Source of the DNA: Octopus vulgaris
Taxonomy: Eukaryota
DNA length: 64,000 nucleotides
Reading direction: 5' to 3'
Assembly (NCBI GenBank): GCA_951406725.2
Contig: OX597816.1
Coordinates: 14,012,001-14,076,000 of the forward strand
Shown here: positions 1 to 12,308 of the stretch, in pieces
Layout of the letters: each line of letters begins with the position of its first letter
Position numbering within the stretch: position 1 is the stretch's first letter
Notes under the pieces: model-generated
Told to the model about the DNA's origin: nothing
The model's input: the letters and a program-made list of their open reading frames with translations, nothing else
Databases searched by the model: none
Program-made: the position numbers and the translations under genes

Positions 1-677
1 CATACAAATTTCTATATTAGTCACATACTCACATGCACACACTCATGTGTGTGTGTGTGTGTGTATTTATATATGTATGTATACATATTAATTCATTGTA
101 TGTAGACATACCCATACATTTACGCATCTTACTGTGACTATATGTACTAGCAGTAGTAGTAGCAGCAGCAGTAGTAGTAGTAGTAGTGTAATGATAGTAA
201 CATCTATGCCCTACATCTTTACAGACCCTCCCCCCCCGTTTCTAAGTTATATATATTATGGAGCTTGTATATATAATATTTTTTCTGACTTTTTTCTATC
301 TTTTCATCTTCTTAATTACTGTTTTACTTACATTGTTTATCTAATCTATGTTTGTATGGCTGGGGGTGGTGCTTACTGGTTGGACAAATTGTTTTCACAG
401 CTGGATGCCCATTCTACTCTTAACTGCTCAACCATGACAATATTCATAAAAAGAAATGGTAGAACATTAGTTCCACAAAACCACCATTATTTCTTGCCTC
501 TATTCACAAGCACCACACCAAAAATGTAAAACAAAGGAAGTTCTGACACACCCTATAAACATATTCTTTTGAAATTTTATTTCCATCATTAAATTCTCGT
601 TGGTCCTTTATAAATGGAATAACTATATTTTCTTAATGTTTCAATAGCCTGAAGTAAATTGTTTTGTGTTATTCATA

Positions 678-1025
678 GGTGCAGGCATGGGTGTGTGGTA
701 AAAAGCTTGCTTCCCAACCACATGGTTCTGGGTTCAGTCCCACTGCATGGCACTTCGGGCAAGTGTCTTCTACTATAGCCTCAGGCCTTGTGAGTGGATT
801 TGGTAGATGGAAACTGAAAGCCTGGCATGTGTGTGTTTGTGTGTCTGTGTTTGTCCCCCCACTATCGCTTTACAACTGGTGTTGTTGTGTTTATGTCCCT
901 GTAACTTAGCAGTTCGGCAAAATAGAATGATGGAATAAGTACTAGGCTTACGAAGAATAAGTCCTGGGATCAATTTGTTCGACTAGGGGTGGTACCCCGG
1001 CATGGCCGCAGTCAAATGACTGAAT
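678..1025 (+). mobile_element. SINE-A (tRNA-derived, CORE-like)
   Basis: Head ...tgtgtggtaaaaagcttgcttcccaaccacatggttctgggttcagtccc (A/B-box-like), CORE-like cttcgggcaagtgtcttc, central (TG)n and tail ...catggccgcagtcaaatgactgaa; many homologous copies in the window. Confidence 0.85.
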
Positions 1026-1213
1026 CAATGTATGTCTAGTTGAGAGTATATCATTGTGAAAGTAAGTCTTACATGCATCATTTGCTCACAAGAAATACAA
1101 CAGTAAAAGGTTTATTACTTCACAGTGGCTGATGAAAAGGAGGAGACACTTGAGGGGTTTTGTACTGCCTTCTCATTAATAGGAACATTTTGAATACAGT
1201 TCAGCAAGAAAAT

Positions 1214-1410
1214 GGTTTCAGATTTTGGCACAAGGCCAGCAATTTTGCATCAACCCCTTCAGTACTTGACTGGTATTTTATGTTATCTACTCTTAAGGGA
1301 TAAAAGGCAAAGCTGACCTCAGCAGTAATTGAACTCGGGTTGTAAGGATCTGGAAGAAATGCCACAGAGCTTTTTCTCCAACACATTAGCAACTCTGCCA
1401 GTTAATGCCT
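1214..1410 (-). mobile_element. SINE-B, diverged monomer
   Basis: Reverse complement matches SINE-B (aaaggcaaagctgacctcagc...gaactc; ctgccagtt). Confidence 0.7.
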
Positions 1411-1429
1411 CCAAGACAAGCCTTAGCAC

Positions 1430-1520
1430 TGGAAGCACTGGAGCATACATCAACCGAAGCTTTGTGTTAACAACAAACAAGATGAGGACAAATATCAATC
1501 AAATGTAAATAATATAAATA
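1430..1520 (+). mobile_element. Penelope-like repeat fragment
   Basis: aacaacaaacaagatgaggacaaatatc...tcaaatgtaaataat is shared with the fold-back element at 20962-21093. Confidence 0.5.
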
Positions 1521-1550
1521 AAACCTTTACTGTTGCTTAGTTGCTCACAT

Positions 1551-1770
1551 CTTAAGCATTCAGATATTCTGTCATATATAATGCTTATTTATTCATTGTT
1601 TTGAATTAATCATGCATTATCCCAAAGCTTCGAGATTTTGATGACATGATTGTTTATTTTTAGAATGACATTGTTGGGTCGATTCTAGAAGCCAGACCTG
1701 ACCAGTTTGAACATAGAACATGTAGAATATTTGTGTTGGCCAGAGCCTGTTTAAATGTTTAAAGGGTTAA
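1551..1770 (+). mobile_element. TTAA-type (piggyBac-like) MITE, family 2
   Basis: Ends in aaagggttaa; homologous to 47690-47850 (minus strand) and to the fragment at 6152-6208. Confidence 0.65.
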
Positions 1771-2053
1771 ACATTCAATAAGGATTAGGTTCCCTATCAG
1801 CTTAAGAGTGCAAACATTATGAGAATATGCACATTGGTCATTTAGTCTCCAGCCGGCAGTTTTATTTGTTCCATTCGACTATACTCTTGCATTCTTTCTA
1901 TCATTGACAAAATCAACCAATTGGAAGCCATGCTATAATGTCTTTAATATTAGATGACGATTCCAGTCTCTGGAGACAAAATTGGTCTATTTAGAAACAG
2001 CTTCCACTTTAGGGTTATATGCTTCCTCAACAAACTGGTAATTATAAAACCAT

Positions 2054-3061
2054 TTAACACTTCCGTTACTGTATTTATTTTGAGATGCTTTGTATTTCTT
2101 TCAATTACTTTAAATCATCATCATCATTGTTTAACGTCCGTTTTCCATGCTGGCATGGGTTGGATGGTCCGACCAGGGTCTGGGAAGCCAGGAGGCTGCA
2201 TCAGGCTCCAGTCTGATCTGGCAGTGTTTCTACAGCTGGATGCCCTTCCTAATGTCATCCACTCTGTGAGTGTAGTGAGTGCTTTTTATGTGCCACCGGC
2301 ACAGAGGCCAGAGGAGGCTGGCAAACGGCCATGATCACTTGGTATTTTTTTACGTGTCACCGACACGGACTCCAGTCAGGCAGTGCTGGCATTGGCCACG
2401 TTCGGATGGTGCTTTTTACGTGCCACCGGCACAGGTATCACAACTACAATTTCCATTTGATTTTTATTTTGATGTTGATGTTGATGTACTTGACTCAATA
2501 AGTCTCCTCAAGCACAGCAGGTCACCCTATGATCCATGGTTAGCACAGCAGGCCATCCTGTGAGCCATCAACTCACTTCATTTGTCAGGTCTTCGAAGTT
2601 ACAGCATATCTCAAAGGTCTCAGTCTTTCATCATTGCCTCTGTGAGGCCCAACATGCCACTGGCATGGGTATAAGAATTTAGTAAAATAACTTCATTATC
2701 CTTAAGCTAGTGTTAGGAGCATAAATTGTGACTAAGGTTTGGTGGAAAATTTTAATCAGAACTTATGAAAACAAGACTACAGAGACAGTTTCAGGTGGGT
2801 TGATATCAAAAGGGTTGAGAATATCATGGTGACTTTAACCCTTTTGTTACTGCATTTCTGATGAGATGTTCTGTGTTTCTTTCAATTAATTTTAAATATA
2901 AAGAATTTAGTAAAATAACTTCGTTATCATTAAGCTAGTGTTAGGAACATAAACTGTAATGAAGGTTTGGTGGAAGATTTTAATTCAAAGCTTATGAAAA
3001 CAAGACATTTGTACTACAGAGCCAGAGGTGGTTTCAGCCAGGTTGGTAACAAAAGGGTTAA
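2054..3061 (+). mobile_element. piggyBac-like MITE dimer (family 1); first unit interrupted by an RTE 3' fragment
   Basis: ttaac(a)ctt...agggttga, spacer aatatcatggtgact, then ttaaccctt...aagggttaa; same layout as 38947-39422. Confidence 0.8.
2114..2670 (-). mobile_element. RTE-like LINE 3' end (ORF C-terminus, 3' UTR, (GAT)n tail)
   Basis: Minus strand 2655-2575 reads LGLTEAMMKD*DL-RYAVTSKT*Q (one frameshift), resembling a decayed RTE C-terminus; then aggaagggcatccagctgtagaaac and a ggacgttaaacaatgatgatg tail. Confidence 0.7.
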
Positions 3062-3813
3062 TTCAGTTGCACATAATTATAATTCCCCATTCTGCCCCAC
3101 CTCTACTGCAAGTCTCCTCACCCAATTCAATATATCCAACCACAAAACTCACAGCTAATACTGTTTTGGAGTTTTCGTTTGCTTCATTCATTGATTGTAT
3201 TGTTGGATCTTGAAAGTCGAACTGACTTTTTTTCTCTTTTTTTTTTTTTTGTGGTTTGTAAACAGACTGAGGTATTTTTTTCTTTTTATTAAAATATTTC
3301 TCTCGCTTTGCAAACAACTCATATTTAACCATACAGTTGTGGTGGGGTGGGGTGGGTTATGCTCCGAGGTGGACTTATGATGAATGGCATTATTTATGCA
3401 AAAACTGAAAAACCAACAGAAATATATTCATATTTGTATGTACATAGAAACAGGACTGCCTCAGATATCAATAACCATAACAGTTAGTATTGCAAACATA
3501 CATTTAAAATTCTGATCATATTTCTAGAGAAAATTTTCCCCCGCGGCATTCTGTGATGGAATACAAAGAGGTCCACATCAAATTTGTCCTTACTTATTCT
3601 GTTGCTGTCAATGTTAGCTAAATTGTTTATTCTATCACTTCGACATCTGAAATTCACTTTTAATTCATATGAAGCCATACAAGCATGGCTGTGTGGTTAA
3701 GAAGTCTGCTCTCTGTCTCTCCTCTTGCTCTCTATCTCCATCTCTCTCTCTCTTACTCTCTATCCTCCTCTTTTTCCCTCAATCTGTTCTTTTGAGTTCA
3801 ATATCTTAGCAGG

Positions 3814-4215
3814 ATCATCATCATCATCATTATCGTTTAATGTCCATTTTCCATACTAACATGGGTTTTGACAGTTTGTCTGAGGACTGGTAAGCCAGTA
3901 GGCTGCATCAGACTCCAATCTTCATCTGGCAGGATTTCTACAGCTGGATGCTCTTCCTGATGCCAACCACTCTGAGAGTTTAGTGGGTGTTTTTTATGTG
4001 CCACCGGCACAAGGGCCAGTCAGGCGGTACTGGCATCAACCACTCTCAAATGATGCATTTTACGTACCACCAGCACGGGAGTCACTTGGGGGGCACTGGC
4101 ATCAACCATATTCAGATGGTGCTTTTTACGTTCCACTGGCATGGGGAGCCAGTCAGGCGTTGCTGGCATCGACTCACACTTGAATGGTGTTTATTACCTG
4201 CCACCAGCACAGTTA
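3814..4215 (-). mobile_element. RTE 3' UTR fragment with ~65-bp internal repeats
   Basis: (cat)n-cgtttaatgtcc start, ctacagctggatgc, repeated gtgccaccggcac units. Confidence 0.8.
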
Positions 4216-4257
4216 CCACAATTTTGTATTTTGCAACCCAGAAGTTATAGGCTATAG

Positions 4258-4422
4258 ACGCTGGTATGATTGTATGGTTAAGAAACTGACTTCCTAACCA
4301 TATGATTTCTGGTTCAGATCCCCATCCCTACATGACACCTAGACTGAAATGTCTTCTACTATAGCACTGGGCTGACTAAAATCTTTGTGAGTAGATTTGG
4401 TAGATGCAAACAGAAAGAAGCT
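4258..4422 (+). mobile_element. SINE-A head, diverged
   Basis: tgtatggttaagaa...tgtcttctactatagc...gatttggtagatgcaaacagaaagaagc. Confidence 0.65.
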
Positions 4423-4617
4423 CAGGTCCAGGAGGAAACTTGGCAGGAGAGGCAATGATCCTAAAGTGAACTTGAGGTCAAATACTTGTCAGATGAAATA
4501 GCAGGTGGAATCTCATATCAGTGAGGTGGGATGTGCTGTAAAGCTGTTGAGAGGCCCCAAAACGATACATATTCTCACCTGATGACCCCTGAAACATACT
4601 GATATTCAGTATGTGGA

Positions 4618-4852
4618 AGGCGGCGAGCTGGCAGAATCATTAGCACCCTGGACGGAATGCTTAGTGGTATTTCATCTGCCGCTACGTTCTGAGTTCAAAT
4701 TCCGCCGAGGTTGACTTTGCCTTTCAACCTTTCGGGGTCGATAAATTAAGTACCAGTTACACACTGGGGTCAATGTAATCGACTTAATCTGTTTGTCTGT
4801 CCTTGTTTGTGGCCTCTGTGTTTAGCCCCTTGTGGGTAGTAAAGATATAGGT
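4618..4852 (+). mobile_element. SINE-B monomer with TSD
   Basis: aggcggcgagctggcagaa head, gagttcaaattcc B box, gcctttcaacctttcggggtcgataaattaagtacc core; flanked by tattca(g/a)tatg(t/c)gga. Confidence 0.9.
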
Positions 4853-5410
4853 ATTCAATATGCGGAGTTTTCAACGGACTGCTTGCACTAGACTAGCAAG
4901 CTGTTTCCAAGACTGTCTCTGGGTGTGTGCATGGTTGTTTGTTTTGACATCCTGTGAGAGTTCTAAATGAATGACAATTTCACATAAATGGTGTTATTCA
5001 TTTCCAAGCATTTGCAAATACGTCCAACCACGAGGAAATAGTGCTTTACTTGGAAACACTGTTTAATATGTTTGGCTAATTCAGCAGAGACAATATAAGG
5101 TTGAGAGAACTCTTTAATCTCTCAAATGTATTCAATACACTCATATTGTATTTGATCATGTTGAATATTCAATATTCGATATGATCAAACGTATTCAATG
5201 TACTCCATAAACTGGTAGGTGTTGGGTAGCACATCCAGACATAGAAACCGTGACAAAAACTAAGCCATGAGAGCATAGTGTGTACTGCTGCTCCATCTTG
5301 GAGACTAGTAACTCTGAATAATACCTGACTTGGACTGACATGCATAAGGAAGGGGACAACAGGTGGAGACATGTTTAGTACAAAAGGGAAACAACTCCCA
5401 GATGCAGATA

Positions 5411-6463
5411 CACAGGGTGACCCCAAAGTAGGGTTACAGGTATTCAACTATCTCTTTTGCATTCATATATTAATAGTTTAGATCTTAATTATATAAAAAA
5501 TATGAAGCCATTATTCAACATGATGGAGCATCCCTTCATTATGCGTTGACAGTAAGAGACTACCTTAACCAAACCTTTCCACAGCGTTGGTTTGAAAGAC
5601 AGGGCAGCATCAAATGGCTACCACGCTCACCTGACCTGACACTAATGGATTTCTTTTTTTGGAAGGCGTTGTAAAGAACAACGTTTATGAGAAGAATCTC
5701 AAAACAGTAAATGAATTAAATGATTACATTTCTGATGCATCATCATCATCATCGTTTAACGTCCGCTTTCCATGCAGGCATGGGTTGGATGAATTGACTT
5801 AGGGCTGGCAAACCAGATGGCTGCACCAGGCTCCAATCTTGATCTGGCAGTGTTTCTACAGCTGGATGCCCTTCCTAATGCCAACCACTCCGAGAGTGTA
5901 GTGGATGCTTTTTACATGCCACTGGCATGAGGGCCAGTCAGGCGGTACTGGCAACGGCCTCGCCTAAATGGTGTTTATTTACGTGCCACCTGCACAAGTG
6001 CCTGTAAGGCGACACTGGTAATGGTCATGCTCGAATGCTGCTTTTTACATGCCACCGGCATGGACGCCAGTTAGATGCTCTGGCAACGATCATGCTTGGA
6101 TTGTGCTCTTAGCGCTCAACTTGCACGGATGCTAGACATCGAATTTGATTTCAATCATTTTGAATTAATCATGTATTATCTTGTAGCTTAATAATTTCAA
6201 AGATGTGACTGATGCATTCACTGAAATTGATGGAGATCAGAATTTGTGCCACATTGTGTGTCAGAGTGTTCTTAAGAGGTATGAAGAATGTTGCAATGCT
6301 GAAGGGAGGACACTTTGAGCATCTGAGAGATTAAACATTGTCTGTATAAGATGTGCATAAGCAATATGATTGTAAGATAGAAATTTAAATGTAATGAAAT
6401 ATTTAAAAGCAAATTTAAAGTTCCTACGTGATAACTGTAAACCTACTTTTGGGCCACTCTGTG
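5411..6463 (+). mobile_element. Internally deleted Tc1/mariner transposon, DD41D (rosa/Visitor-type)
   Basis: TA on both sides; TIRs cacagggtgaccccaaagtagggttacag / ctgtaaacctacttttgggccactctgtg; from 5516 QHDGASLHYALTVRDYLNQTFPQRWFERQGSIKWLPRSPDLTLMDFFFW (41 residues between the two Asp); after the insertion AFTEIDGDQNLCHIVCQSVLKRYEECCNAEG-HFEHL. Confidence 0.9.
5741..6150 (-). mobile_element. RTE 3' UTR fragment nested in the DD41D element
   Basis: (cat)n tail and internal repeats; the insertion is bounded by ctgatgcat at 5732 and 6209. Confidence 0.85.
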
Positions 6464-6545
6464 TATTATTATATCTTAGCCTCCTTCGTTACCCATATGT
6501 AACATACATTTTGCCATACTTTTAAGGGTGGTTGGGTCATCTGCA

Positions 6546-6959
6546 AGCTGGCAGAAATGTTAGCACGCCGGGCGAAATGCTTAGCGGTATTTCGTCTGCC
6601 ACTATGTTCTGAGTTCAAATTCCGCCGAGGTCAACTTTGCCTTTCATTCTTTCGGCGTCGATAAATTAAGTACCAGTTACGCACTGGGGTCGATGTAATC
6701 GACTTAATCCGTTTGTCTGTCCTTGTTTGTCCTCTCTGTGTTTAGCCCCTTGTGGGTAGTAAATAAATAGGTTTTTCGTCTGCCATTACGTTCTGAGTTC
6801 AAATTCCGCCGAGGTCAACTTTGCTTTACATCCTTTCGGGGTCGATAAATTAAGTACCAGTTACACACTGGGGTCGATGTAATCGATTTAATCCGTTTGT
6901 CTGTCCTTGTTTGTCCTCTGTGTGTTTAGCCCCTTGTGGGTAATAAAGAAATAGAAATA
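6546..6959 (+). mobile_element. SINE-B dimer with 16-bp TSD
   Basis: Two ~184-bp units; ggttgggtcatctgca at 6530-6545 and 6960-6975. Confidence 0.9.
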
Positions 6960-7329
6960 GGTTGGGTCATCTGCAGCCCTGCAAGCAGCCAATTGCCATA
7001 GCCCTTCTTCGTTATAAAAGACAATATCTTGAGATCAGTCTTTACTGCTTCACCCCAAATCTTCCTCTCTTTCCCTCCCACAATTTCATTAATTCTGAAC
7101 GCTTGCCAATTCGTTACATCAATTTCATCTGTAGTAGCTCAATCTTTTCTGCTGCTTATATTCCTCTATATATTCAGTTTTTCTTTCATCCCATTCTTGC
7201 CCTAAAACTCAAGCACACTAACAATATGCTTCCAGTGAAACATGTCCACTTTACTCCCCTCTGTTCTTCCCAAATCCCCTCTAAATTTGCTACCATGCAG
7301 CATTGATCTTCTCATACAAGCACCATATA

Positions 7330-7714
7330 TATTTCTTTACTACCCACAAGGGGCTAAACACAGAGAGGACAAACAAGGACAGACAAACGGATTAAGTCGA
7401 TTATATCGACCCCAGTGCGAAAGGATGAAAGGCAAAGTCAACCTTGGCGGAATTTGAACTCAGAATGTAGCGGCAGGCGAAATACCTATTTCTTTACTAC
7501 CCAAAAGGGGCTAAATACAGAGGGGACAAACAAGGACAAACGGATTAAGTCAATTATATCGACCCCAGTGCGTAACTGGTACTTAATTTATCGACCTCGA
7601 AAGAATGAAAGCAAAGTCGGCCTCGGTGGAATTTGAACTCAGAACGTAACAGCAGACGAAATACGGCTACGCATTTTGCCTGGCATGCTAACGTTTCTGC
7701 CAGCTCGCCGCCAT
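7330..7714 (-). mobile_element. SINE-B dimer (one unit internally deleted) with 16-bp TSD
   Basis: atacaagcaccatata at 7314-7329 and 7715-7730. Confidence 0.9.
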
Positions 7715-8109
7715 ATACAAGCACCATATAATCTTACTCATGATTCTGAGTAAGAAGTCATATCTTATCTTGAATCCATGTGTTACCTACCCACTTGTAT
7801 TTCTTGATAGTGTACATGGATAGAGCAATAATAAAGCAACTCTGTAGGGGTTCTATTATTATCCTCATGCATATAGAGTATAATAATAATATATATATAG
7901 ATTCTATATATATAGATTCTGTGTTGTTCACAAGTCAGGAAAGTTTTTCTCTTCAGCATTTACTTGACACATATGTCAAGGTTGTAGAGTGTTGTTTATA
8001 GTTTATAAGAAACAAGCATTATCAGCTGTGAGCTGTAAAGTACAATAGACTGAGGGATCATCTTTCAATGAAAAAAGATCAGAATTTATTATCTCGTTAT
8101 TGACATTAT

Positions 8110-8640
8110 AGGCAAAGGTATAGCTGTGTAGTTACAAAGCTTGCTTTGTAATAATGTGGTTTTGGTTTCAACCCCACTGTACAGCACCTTGTGCAAGGGT
8201 CTCCTATTATAGCCCCAGGTTGACTAACACCCTGTGAGTGAATTTGGAATATGGAAACTGTGTATAATGTGACTCTTTTTTAGAACAGTGTATCTTGAAG
8301 CAGATAAAGCTATAAATAAAAGCATGTAAATATTGAGTTAGAAAACCCTTTGGATGGAAAAAGTTGAGGGCTGCCTGTAGGACACAAAACCACATCTGTA
8401 AACATGACGTGTGTGTGTGTGTGTGTGTGTTTGTTTGTCCCCATGCCACTTGACAGTCGCTGTTGGTTTGTTTATCTCCTCATTACTTAGTTGTTTGGTG
8501 AAACAGACCGATAGATTAAGTACAAGATTTACAAAGCAAAATAAGTGTGTGGATCAATTTGTTCAATAAAAACCCTTCAAGGTGATGCCCCAACATGACC
8601 ATTCTCCAATGACTGAAACAAGTAATAGAAAATAAAAGAT
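8110..8640 (+). mobile_element. SINE-A, diverged, with internal insertion
   Basis: Head tagctgtgtagttacaaagcttgc, CORE-like accttgtgcaagggtctc, tail aatgactgaaacaagtaa. Confidence 0.7.
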
Positions 8641-8960
8641 CATCACCATCATTATCATCATCATCTTCATTTAATGTCCATCTTCCATGCATGTGTGGGT
8701 AAGATGGTAGACAAGAATCAGCCAAGTAGAAAATCTACCCAAGGCTACTGTGTCTGTCTTGGCAGGGTTTTTACAGCTGGATGCCCTTCCTAACCCCAAC
8801 CACTCTGCAGAGTGGACTCAGTGCATTTTACATGGCACTAGCACAGACGAAATTAGTTTTGGCAAGATTCTTACAGCTGGATGCCCTTCCAGACGCCAAC
8901 CACATTACAGTGTGGACTGGATGCTTTTAACGTGCCACCAGCACTGTCAGGGTAACCAAG
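8640..8960 (-). mobile_element. RTE 3' UTR-like fragment
   Basis: (cat)n and two copies of tacagctggatgcccttcc. Confidence 0.7.
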
Positions 8961-9007
8961 TAATTATATCTTACTTAAATCCTATCTCTTCAGTAATTTC
9001 AATCTGT

Positions 9008-9409
9008 GGTGGTGAGCTGGAAGAATTATTAGCATGCCAGGTGAAATGCTTAGCAGTGTTTCGTCTGTCTCTATGTTCTGAGTTCAAATTCTGTCAAGGT
9101 CAACTTTGCCTTTCATCCTTTCAGGGTTGATTAAATAAGTACCAGTTAAGCACTGGGATCGATATAATCGACTTAATCCGTTTGACTGTCCTTGTTTGTC
9201 TCCTCTGTGTTCAGCCCCTTGTGGGTTGTAAAGAAATACGTATTTCATCTGTCTTTATGTTTTAAGTTCAAATTCTGCTGAGGTCAATTTTGCCTTTCAT
9301 CCTTTCAAAATCGATAAATTAAGTACCATTTGTGTACTGGAATCGATCTAATCGACTGGCCCCCACCTCACCCAAAATTTCAGGCCTTGTGCCTAGAGTA
9401 GAAAAGAAT
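9008..9409 (+). mobile_element. SINE-B dimer with TSD
   Basis: Two units; taatttcaatctgt on both sides. Confidence 0.85.
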
Positions 9410-9527
9410 AATTTCAATCTGTAGTGCACATTTCCATTAAAAATAAATATGCCATGGAAACCGGGAAACTGGGCCCATGAGCCTGGCTAAGCTTTGAAAA
9501 GGGCACATTTATAATTTTTATAATATG

Positions 9528-9843
9528 ATATAATATAATAATAATGAAATTATTGTATACAGTGCTCAGGTGCACCACAACTTGTCAAAAGTGCGTATAA
9601 AGCATATGCAGTAATGTACAAATGTCTGGGAAGCGAACAGTGTATGAGTCAGATACATGCTTGCATGTCTATGGAGGAGAGAAAATCAGGTGTAGTTTTG
9701 GTGAATCTCAGGAAGCATGGAAGTTTTGAAGGATGCAGTGCTCCGACAACTAACAACTGATGCCGGCAGTTTGTTCCATGCTTCAGCAACTCTTAGCGTG
9801 AAAATATGTTTCCGAAAGTCATGGGAGCTGTGCTGTTTTCTGA
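9528..9843 (-). mobile_element. CR1-type LINE 3' fragment
   Basis: Highly similar to 45941-46255, the 3' end of the RT-encoding fragment; (ATT)-rich tail. Confidence 0.85.
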
Positions 9844-11034
9844 TGAAAGACAAAAATAAATTCAGCTGGATCCGAATTCAGAATATAGAAATTTAGAACA
9901 AATACCACAAGTTGCCTTGTGCAACACAGTAACAAGTCTGCCAACGCCTAGTACTTATGCCACCGGTCTCTTTTGCTGAACTGCTAAGTTACAGGCATGT
10001 AAACACACCAGCATTGGTTGTCAAGCAATGGTGGGGGCGACATACACCTGTCTTCATTTCTTGTTTTTCTATAAATTTCAGCTATATATATATATATATA
10101 TGTATAAAAATTAGTGTACATTTAAACACAAAAAGGGGTGACCCTTAACAGGCCACCTTACATACTAGAAGGAGCAGTCAAACGTCCAAAACCGCAGTTA
10201 AGAGCAATTTCGAAGAGAATGAAAAACAAAAACTTTTACCACTGGTAGAATAATTCCTAAATACAAAATTAAGTTAAAATAGAAGAAAATTTCTAAATAC
10301 AAAATTATGTGTTAAAATAGAAGAAAATTTATAAAACAAGCCATTTCCTTCTGTTTCCTTTATCCATAATGATGGTTTTGTATGTTCCATTACTACTATG
10401 GGTTTTGATAATGTGCACTTGAATGCTTGTTCATGCATTCAGTCAGTTTATGTGTTGAGATTGTGTGTGTTGGTGCATTGTATTCGTGTTATCTCTGCTA
10501 CTCTCTCATCGTAAAGCTTTACAATTAATTCAGCTTTCCAATTAGAGTTGGTAATTTAACTAATTTCCAGCAAGATTGCTTATAAAAATAGTCACCTAAC
10601 AGCTATACATCTACTTCATTTTATGTGTGTGTCTGTGTGTTTATATGTATGCTTGTCATATGTGTTTGTATGTATGTATGTATGTATGTGTGTGTGTTAT
10701 TAGCCTTGGAAGATCCTCTCAAATAGGTGTTTGGTGCACAGAAGCACACACATAGGTTGTAGCAGAGAGATTTCACTTGCTACGAGCTGTGCGTGTGCTT
10801 TTAGGCACCAAGCACCTGTATGAGAGGATCTCTCGAGGCTAATGAAGCAGTATTCAGTGTTCTAACATCGCATCCATGTATAGTCGGGCATAAAGATTGC
10901 TTTTGGTATTAATACTGCTTCCATCATACATATATATGTATACACATGTTCACACACACTTGCACACATATATACATACATACATAGTGTATGTGAATAT
11001 ATATGTGTGTGTGTATTCGTATGTATTCTTTTAT

Positions 11035-11500
11035 TTTTTTTTACTTGTTTCAGTCATTTGACCACGGCCATGCTGGAGCACTTCCTTTACTCTCAGGACA
11101 TATTTTTGTAAGCCAAGTACTTATGCTACTGGTCCCCTTTTACAGGTACATAAACACACCAACGTGGAGGCACATGGCCTAGTGGTTAGAGCAGCGGGCT
11201 CGCAGTCGAGGGATCACAGGTTTGAATCTCAGACCGGGCGATGTGTGTGTTTATGAGCGAAACACCTAAGCTCCACGTGGCTCCGGCAGAAGGTAATGGC
11301 GAACTTCTGCTGACTCTTTCGCCACAACGTTCTCTCACTCTTTCCTCCTGCATCTTGCAGCTTACCTGTGACGGACCGGCGTCCCGTCCAAGTGGGGAAC
11401 CTATACACCATTGAAACCGGGAACCGGCCCTTATGAGCCAGGGATGGCTCGAGAAGAAACAAACAAAACTCACCAGCATTGGTTGTCAAGCAATGGTGAT
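11035..11500 (-). mobile_element. SINE-A 3' half, split by a head-D SINE
   Basis: ttacttgtttcagtcatttgacc...aaacacacc, resuming as caccagcattggttgtcaagc after the insertion. Confidence 0.75.
11164..11465 (+). mobile_element. tRNA-derived SINE, head D + tail T1
   Basis: A box tggcctagtgg, B box ggtttgaatct; tail gacggaccggcgtcccgtcca...gaaaccggg...atgagcc; imperfect TSD aaacacaccaac / aaactcaccagc. Confidence 0.85.
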
Positions 11501-11545
11501 GTGACATACACCTGTCTTCGTCTTTTGTTTTCTATGAATTTCAGC

Positions 11546-11576
<31 letters not shown>

Positions 11577-11879
11577 AAAAATTAGTGTACATTTAAACAC
11601 AAAAAGAGGTGATCCTTAACAGGCTGCCTTACATGCTAGAAGAAGCAGTCAAGCGTCCAAAACCACAGTTAAGAGCAATTTCGAAGGGAATGAAAAATAA
11701 AAGCTTTTACCATGGTGCCACTGGTAGAAAAGTTTCTAAAATTTTGCTACCCTATACTATTTTAAGTATATATATGTACATGTATGTATTTGTGTGTCTG
11801 TGTTTGGACGTTTGACTGCTCCTTCTAGCATGTAAGGTGGCCTGTTAAGGGTCATTTCTTTTTGTGTTTGAATGTACAC

Positions 11880-12058
11880 CATTGCTTGAGCTTGACAACC
11901 AATGTTGGTGTGTTTACATCCCCGTAACTTAGCAGTTCAGCAAAAGAGAATAAGTACTAGGTTTACAAAGAATAAGTCCTGGGGTCGATTTGTTCAACTA
12001 TAGGTGGTGCTCCAGCATGGCCGCCGTCAAATGACTGAAACAAGTAAAAGAAAAAAAG
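11880..12058 (+). mobile_element. SINE-A 3' half
   Basis: cttgacaaccaatgttggtgtgtttac...aaatgactgaaacaagtaaaag. Confidence 0.8.
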
Positions 12059-12308
12059 AATACATATATATACTATTTTTATAGCCATAAATATTTACTT
12101 TTTAATGTAACGTGTACTTTAGCGATTGGACATTAAGACGATGTTTTGGTTTACATTTTATTGAATACTAGCAGTATAACCCGGCTTTGCCCAGGATTAA
12201 GTTATGATTATTAAGCTAATCAATTTCTTTATTTCAAACCAAAATAAGTAACTCAACGTCAAATTTGGGTGAAATCCATTGAAATTGGTGTATGTATATA
12301 TATATTTA

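Noticed and set aside
4575-4610. ctgatga...gaaac hammerhead core
   Set aside because: No pairing stem II (cccct) and no convincing stem I or III
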